The position numbers and the translations under genes are program-made. A DNA stretch of 64,000 nt from Longimicrobiales bacterium (GTDB lineage Bacteria > Gemmatimonadota > Gemmatimonadetes > Longimicrobiales > Gaopeijiaceae), in assembly GCA_965218295.1 (NCBI GenBank), contig CBDCKN010000013.1:160001-224000 (forward strand). Direction: 5' to 3'. Below are positions 63,870-64,000 of this stretch, one piece after another; the first letter of the stretch is position 1; each line of letters starts with the position of its first letter. A model generated the notes under the pieces. The model did no database searches, had not been told where the DNA came from, and saw nothing but the letters and a program-made list of their open reading frames with translations.

Positions 63870-64000
63870 ATGGAGTTGTTAACGAGTCCGGTCGTCTGGA
63901 TCGTCGCCATCGTCTTGGCAGTGTTAAGGGGTTGGCTCAAGGGGTTCTTTACGCAATTCCTGCCGTCGCCTCAACGGACGCAGTTGGCCATCGCCAATGC
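63870..64000 (+). CDS. Partial hypothetical membrane protein
   Basis: GGAG RBS, MELLTSPVVWIVAIVLAVL, runs off the window. Confidence 0.4.
   Translation, partial: MELLTSPVVWIVAIVLAVLRGWLKGFFTQFLPSPQRTQLAIAN

Overview
GC-rich bacterial window. The ECF sigma/anti-sigma pair, carboxypeptidase-like-domain TonB receptors and Ig/LRR lipoprotein suggest a Gemmatimonadota-like, possibly sponge-associated genome (inference). Positions ~1-9.3 kb look like backbone: ECF sigma, glycerophosphodiesterase/GlpD, an Fe-type ABC ATPase with a Fur-like box, a PAS kinase, a cyclase and tRNA-Val. A metal-uptake TonB cluster, tRNA-Ile2 and a 5'-replaced upp follow. From ~16 kb on, the window is a nested, decaying mobile-element mosaic. 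It holds a VirB4-B9-B10-TrbJ-B6-B8 T4SS with an unknown gene (orfX) and a truncated coupling protein, three full-length P4-like tyrosine integrases plus remnants, four ColE1-bom-like oriT candidates, HigBA, IS3 x3, IS256, IS110 x2, TonB/BCCT cargo and DUF2806/DUF2971/DUF4238-like genes. Main highlight: both IS110 elements carry non-coding ends in which bridge/seek-RNA guides can be read directly. The IS1111-type copy appears programmed against, and inserted into, the loop of a hairpin at an oriT-like site, and an empty copy of that site is present at 53403. Also notable: a relaxase-less T4SS with a candidate novel relaxase and a multi-copy structured element, and att-like junctions that fall inside the 3' ends of integrase genes. 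All protein family calls come from motif recognition, not database searches.
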